A stretch of 63,982 nucleotides of DNA, the filler included, from Aduncisulcus paluster (Eukaryota): NCBI GenBank assembly GCA_024181965.1. It is 8 parts of 8 records of this genome, joined end to end, with 100 filler letters (N's around TTAATTAATTAA, not from the genome) between each part and the next. Parts side by side here need not be neighbours in the genome. Positions count along the whole stretch, not along the records: positions 60,292 to 63,982 come from BQXS01011185.1; 7 more parts are not named here. One strand, given 5' to 3'. The notes under the pieces are model-generated. The model saw nothing but the letters and a program-made list of their open reading frames with translations. It had not been told where the DNA came from and made no database searches. Positions 61,224-63,982 of this stretch are shown piece after piece. Both the position numbers and the translations under genes were made by a program. The first letter of the stretch is position 1, and every line of letters starts with the position of its first letter.

Positions 61224-61628
61224 GAACTAAGACCTGAACTCACTGTACCAATGTAAAATATGTAAAAAAAGGGTTCTTGGAAGCGAATCAGAATTCATAG
61301 ATAGTTCCTTTCGCAATGTCATCAACACGTGATTTATATTTTATGACTCCATTGGCACTGTCAAAGAAATAATAATCGTCTTCTTTGAAGCATATGTCCG
61401 GATCACGAGGGTCGCTTTCTCTTATATATGCAGAAAAGGCAAAACTTCTGCGGCTAGCTGGTGTTTGTGTGCTGCCGATCGTAGTTTTTCATATAATTTG
61501 GCTACACTCTTATTCAGTTCCATACATGGTGTTAAGGTTTCTCAGGTTCTATTTATAGCACCCGGCCAGCCGAAGGTTTATTATAATAAATTTGCTCACT
61601 CATTCACAGTTTTAAAACTGAGGAATAT

Positions 61629-61993
61629 ATGACGAAGAATTCTACTACATTTATTACCGCCGGGAAGGGTCCGGAACCTCCATTTTTGAAGGAACTTTCA
61701 ACTGAAAGTTGGGCTGCGTTTGTGAGAGACTTTAAGCATTATGCTTCTTTGGGAGGTGTTGGCGGCGGCTGGGCACAGGCGGTACCGGTTGATTACCGCC
61801 CGATCAGATATTTAATAAATTGTGGAACCGTTACGATCCGTATATAACTTTTATTGTCTTTGTTGCTTAGTACAACCACAGAGGAACCAAACAATGGCCG
61901 GAATTAGTCGACGCGGTAGTTCTTACTTTAATCTCCGACTTGTCCAAAGTTAAAGACTTTAAGAACAAGGTCGCTCGAAAACAAGCGTATTGA
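61629..61993 (+). pseudogene. Retroelement gag-like N-terminal fragment interrupted by a solo LTR
   Basis: PPFLKELSTESWAAFVRDFKHYASLGG continues as TKQWPELVDAVVLTLISDL once the insert is removed; similar to the gag-like start at 63557. Confidence 0.6.
61757..61880 (+). mobile_element. Solo LTR, 124 bp, 4-bp TSD GAGG
   Basis: TGTTGGCGGCGGCTGG...AATAAA...AACCACA; GAGG at 61753-61756 and 61881-61884; removal restores the host reading frame. Confidence 0.82.
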
Positions 61994-62359
61994 TTTCTTC
62001 TCTAGTTGCTCTTTCAAAGATGTGAGAGAACGTTTCGTTTGTTAGGATTTCATTTTTGATTATTTCATCTTTTAAACCATGCTGGAGGATTCTAGGTGTC
62101 TTTATCTTTGAATTTAGAAATTCCACTTTTACAAGCTCAATGACAAATCTGAGCAATAAGGCTAACAATCTTTTCGATTTCAACCGATATATCCTCGGAA
62201 ACAGCTCCACTAGTTGAATGAGTCGACCTTGAGCCTTGCATCTTGAAATCACGGTCAAGATCAGACATACCACCAACGCTGTCACTTGAACGACGCTTTT
62301 CACCAGCACCAACTGATAGTCCAACTTGGCATTGCTCAAAGTTCTATTTAAACTTGCTG

Positions 62360-63070
62360 TTTTTACCAACTCCACCACATATGCGAAAACACCTTCAAGT
62401 GTTTCATCTCTACACACCACTGACTTACGATCATCATCTTCATAAGGCCCATACCTTCGAAGGTCTTCAATATCGTCACGAACTTTCTCTCTAAAGTCCA
62501 TTGGTCTCAATCTATCCACAAACACATTGTCTTGACAGCTCGACGCATCTGACCATCAGACCACGTCTCTCGACCACCACGACGCACCAAATCCATCCAA
62601 GCCTTCACATACTGCGATATGTTATCAGAAGTCACTTTAGATACGTCACCATGCTCTTCAGTGCCACAAATCACCTTTCTAGCCTCTTCCGCGAAAGATT
62701 CGAAAGCATTTTGTGATATGTAAGCACCTACGATACGCTCCAACGCCGCACGTATGTAGTTTGGATCATCGTTGGCCTCAACCAGCTTTTCACCAGTAAA
62801 TATCCTCAGGACACCGATTACACTTGAAGTTATTAAGGTTCCAAGTGTAGGAAGCCTCATAGTTATATCACTTTTGACCATTTCGAGGCATTTGTGACAG
62901 AAATCTAGGATATCTTCACGTTTCACGCTGGTCAGCTGATATACAAAGTTATTGCCACGAGGAGGTTGAGTAGAAGTCGATTTTAATACCAAAAGCCTGG
63001 ATCTAAGTGCCACAACACCGGGAAGAGCGCTCACAGAACCAAGAGAACCACCACCAGAAGGAATCGTCAA
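62360..63070 (-). pseudogene. Degenerate gag-like ORF, frameshifted near 62520
   Basis: ...ISQYVKAWMDL...RRAVKTM, then FVDRLRPMDFREKV...TLEGVFAYVVE in a different frame; lies in retroelement context. Confidence 0.45.
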
Positions 63071-63217
63071 TTCGGATCCATTAAAGGTTGAATCGCCACT
63101 TATGGTTTCAGATGAAGTTTCAACTTCAATCTTTTCCTTGAGCCCTTGAGTTTTCCTGTCAGCTCATCGATTCTATTTCCACCAACATCTAAACCTTTTT
63201 CTTCATCGATAACTTCT

Positions 63218-63557
63218 TTATGCTAGTTCTAATGGGATATGACAATCTTCAAGCTTTTCCGGGGATAGCTTAGCTAATAAAGAAGAGCTAACAGCATTCG
63301 CAGTGGACCCAGTGTCAACCAAAGACAAGACTGCTGGGTGTTCACCAGGGCAAATAAATTCAACCATCTGACCTCGTTCTCCAGATGTTACGATGCGAGA
63401 CTCTGGCACATAACACTTTCAGCTGAACAGATGATAAGAAACCAAACAACTTCACCGTGGGGTGACATCTCACATAACGCTCGAAAGCATCTTTAAATGT
63501 TTTCCAACCCTCCTTGGTCAACGTAGACAATTTGGGGGGTTTAATAGTAACTTCCAT
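63218..63557 (-). pseudogene. Deleted LTR-retrotransposon remnant: gag N-terminus fused to a retropepsin-like aspartic protease fragment
   Basis: MEVTIKPPKLSTLTKEGWKTFKDAFERY from 63557; LSLVDTGSTANAVS (DTG motif near 63308-63316) in another frame. Confidence 0.65.
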
Positions 63558-63982
63558 AACGATATTATTCCTAAAATAATTATTTTGTGATAATATAAAT
63601 AAACGGATGATCTGCAGTAGACAAACTTTACTCTTTGTGAACGAACAACAAACTAAAAATAGTAACAAAACGATGAAGGCATCATCACCCAGTAAAACAC
63701 AAATAAAAGAAAGGTAAAACAACAATAATAATCATAATTTAAGAAAAGTAAAAATAAAAATAGAGTCAAAGAATGTTTCAACTATCACAATCCTCCAAAG
63801 GAAAATCCTCTGAACCATCCAATCTCTTTATAAAATTTACCCAACATTTCCCCTTGCATTTACTACGGTCACCGTTTCGACGATCGGGATTATCCCGTAC
63901 TACGGGAAGCTAGTAGCTTTTTCACCAACTTTTCCTTCAGCCGACAAAATCTCTCAATGTGACCTTTCCGGTGACAAAAATT

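Noticed and set aside
1-63982. CRISPR array or prokaryotic defence/operon system
   Set aside because: No regularly spaced repeat-spacer array was seen; the content is eukaryotic (introns, dynein, SF3B2).

Overview
Eukaryotic, gene-dense and intron-poor sequence from an anaerobic flagellate protist. The [FeFe]-hydrogenase, axonemal dynein, SF3B2 and short GTATGT/GTACGT...AG introns suggest a free-living fornicate/metamonad, possibly Aduncisulcus-like (inference, not searched). The window is eight pieces joined by an artificial N44-TTAATTAATTAA-N44 linker, so adjacency across linkers is meaningless and many genes are truncated. Recognisable genes: Misato/DML1 (spliced), SF3B2, a spliced multi-repeat Ser/Thr kinase, tRNA-Lys(TTT), a BPI/LBP-like protein, [FeFe]-hydrogenase, an EGF-repeat surface protein, a dynein heavy chain, an RCC1-repeat protein and a half-size ABCA transporter. 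The last piece is a nest of decayed LTR retroelements. Most notable observations: (1) chains of overlapping palindromes with a 1-nt centre in many intergenic regions; (2) a two-TM membrane-protein gene bracketed by a 91-bp perfect inverted repeat; (3) a candidate 3-nt microexon; (4) two ~123-bp solo LTRs, each with a 4-bp target-site duplication, one interrupting a gag ORF; (5) an uncharacterised ~170-190-aa domain repeated in tandem and fused to a kinase.
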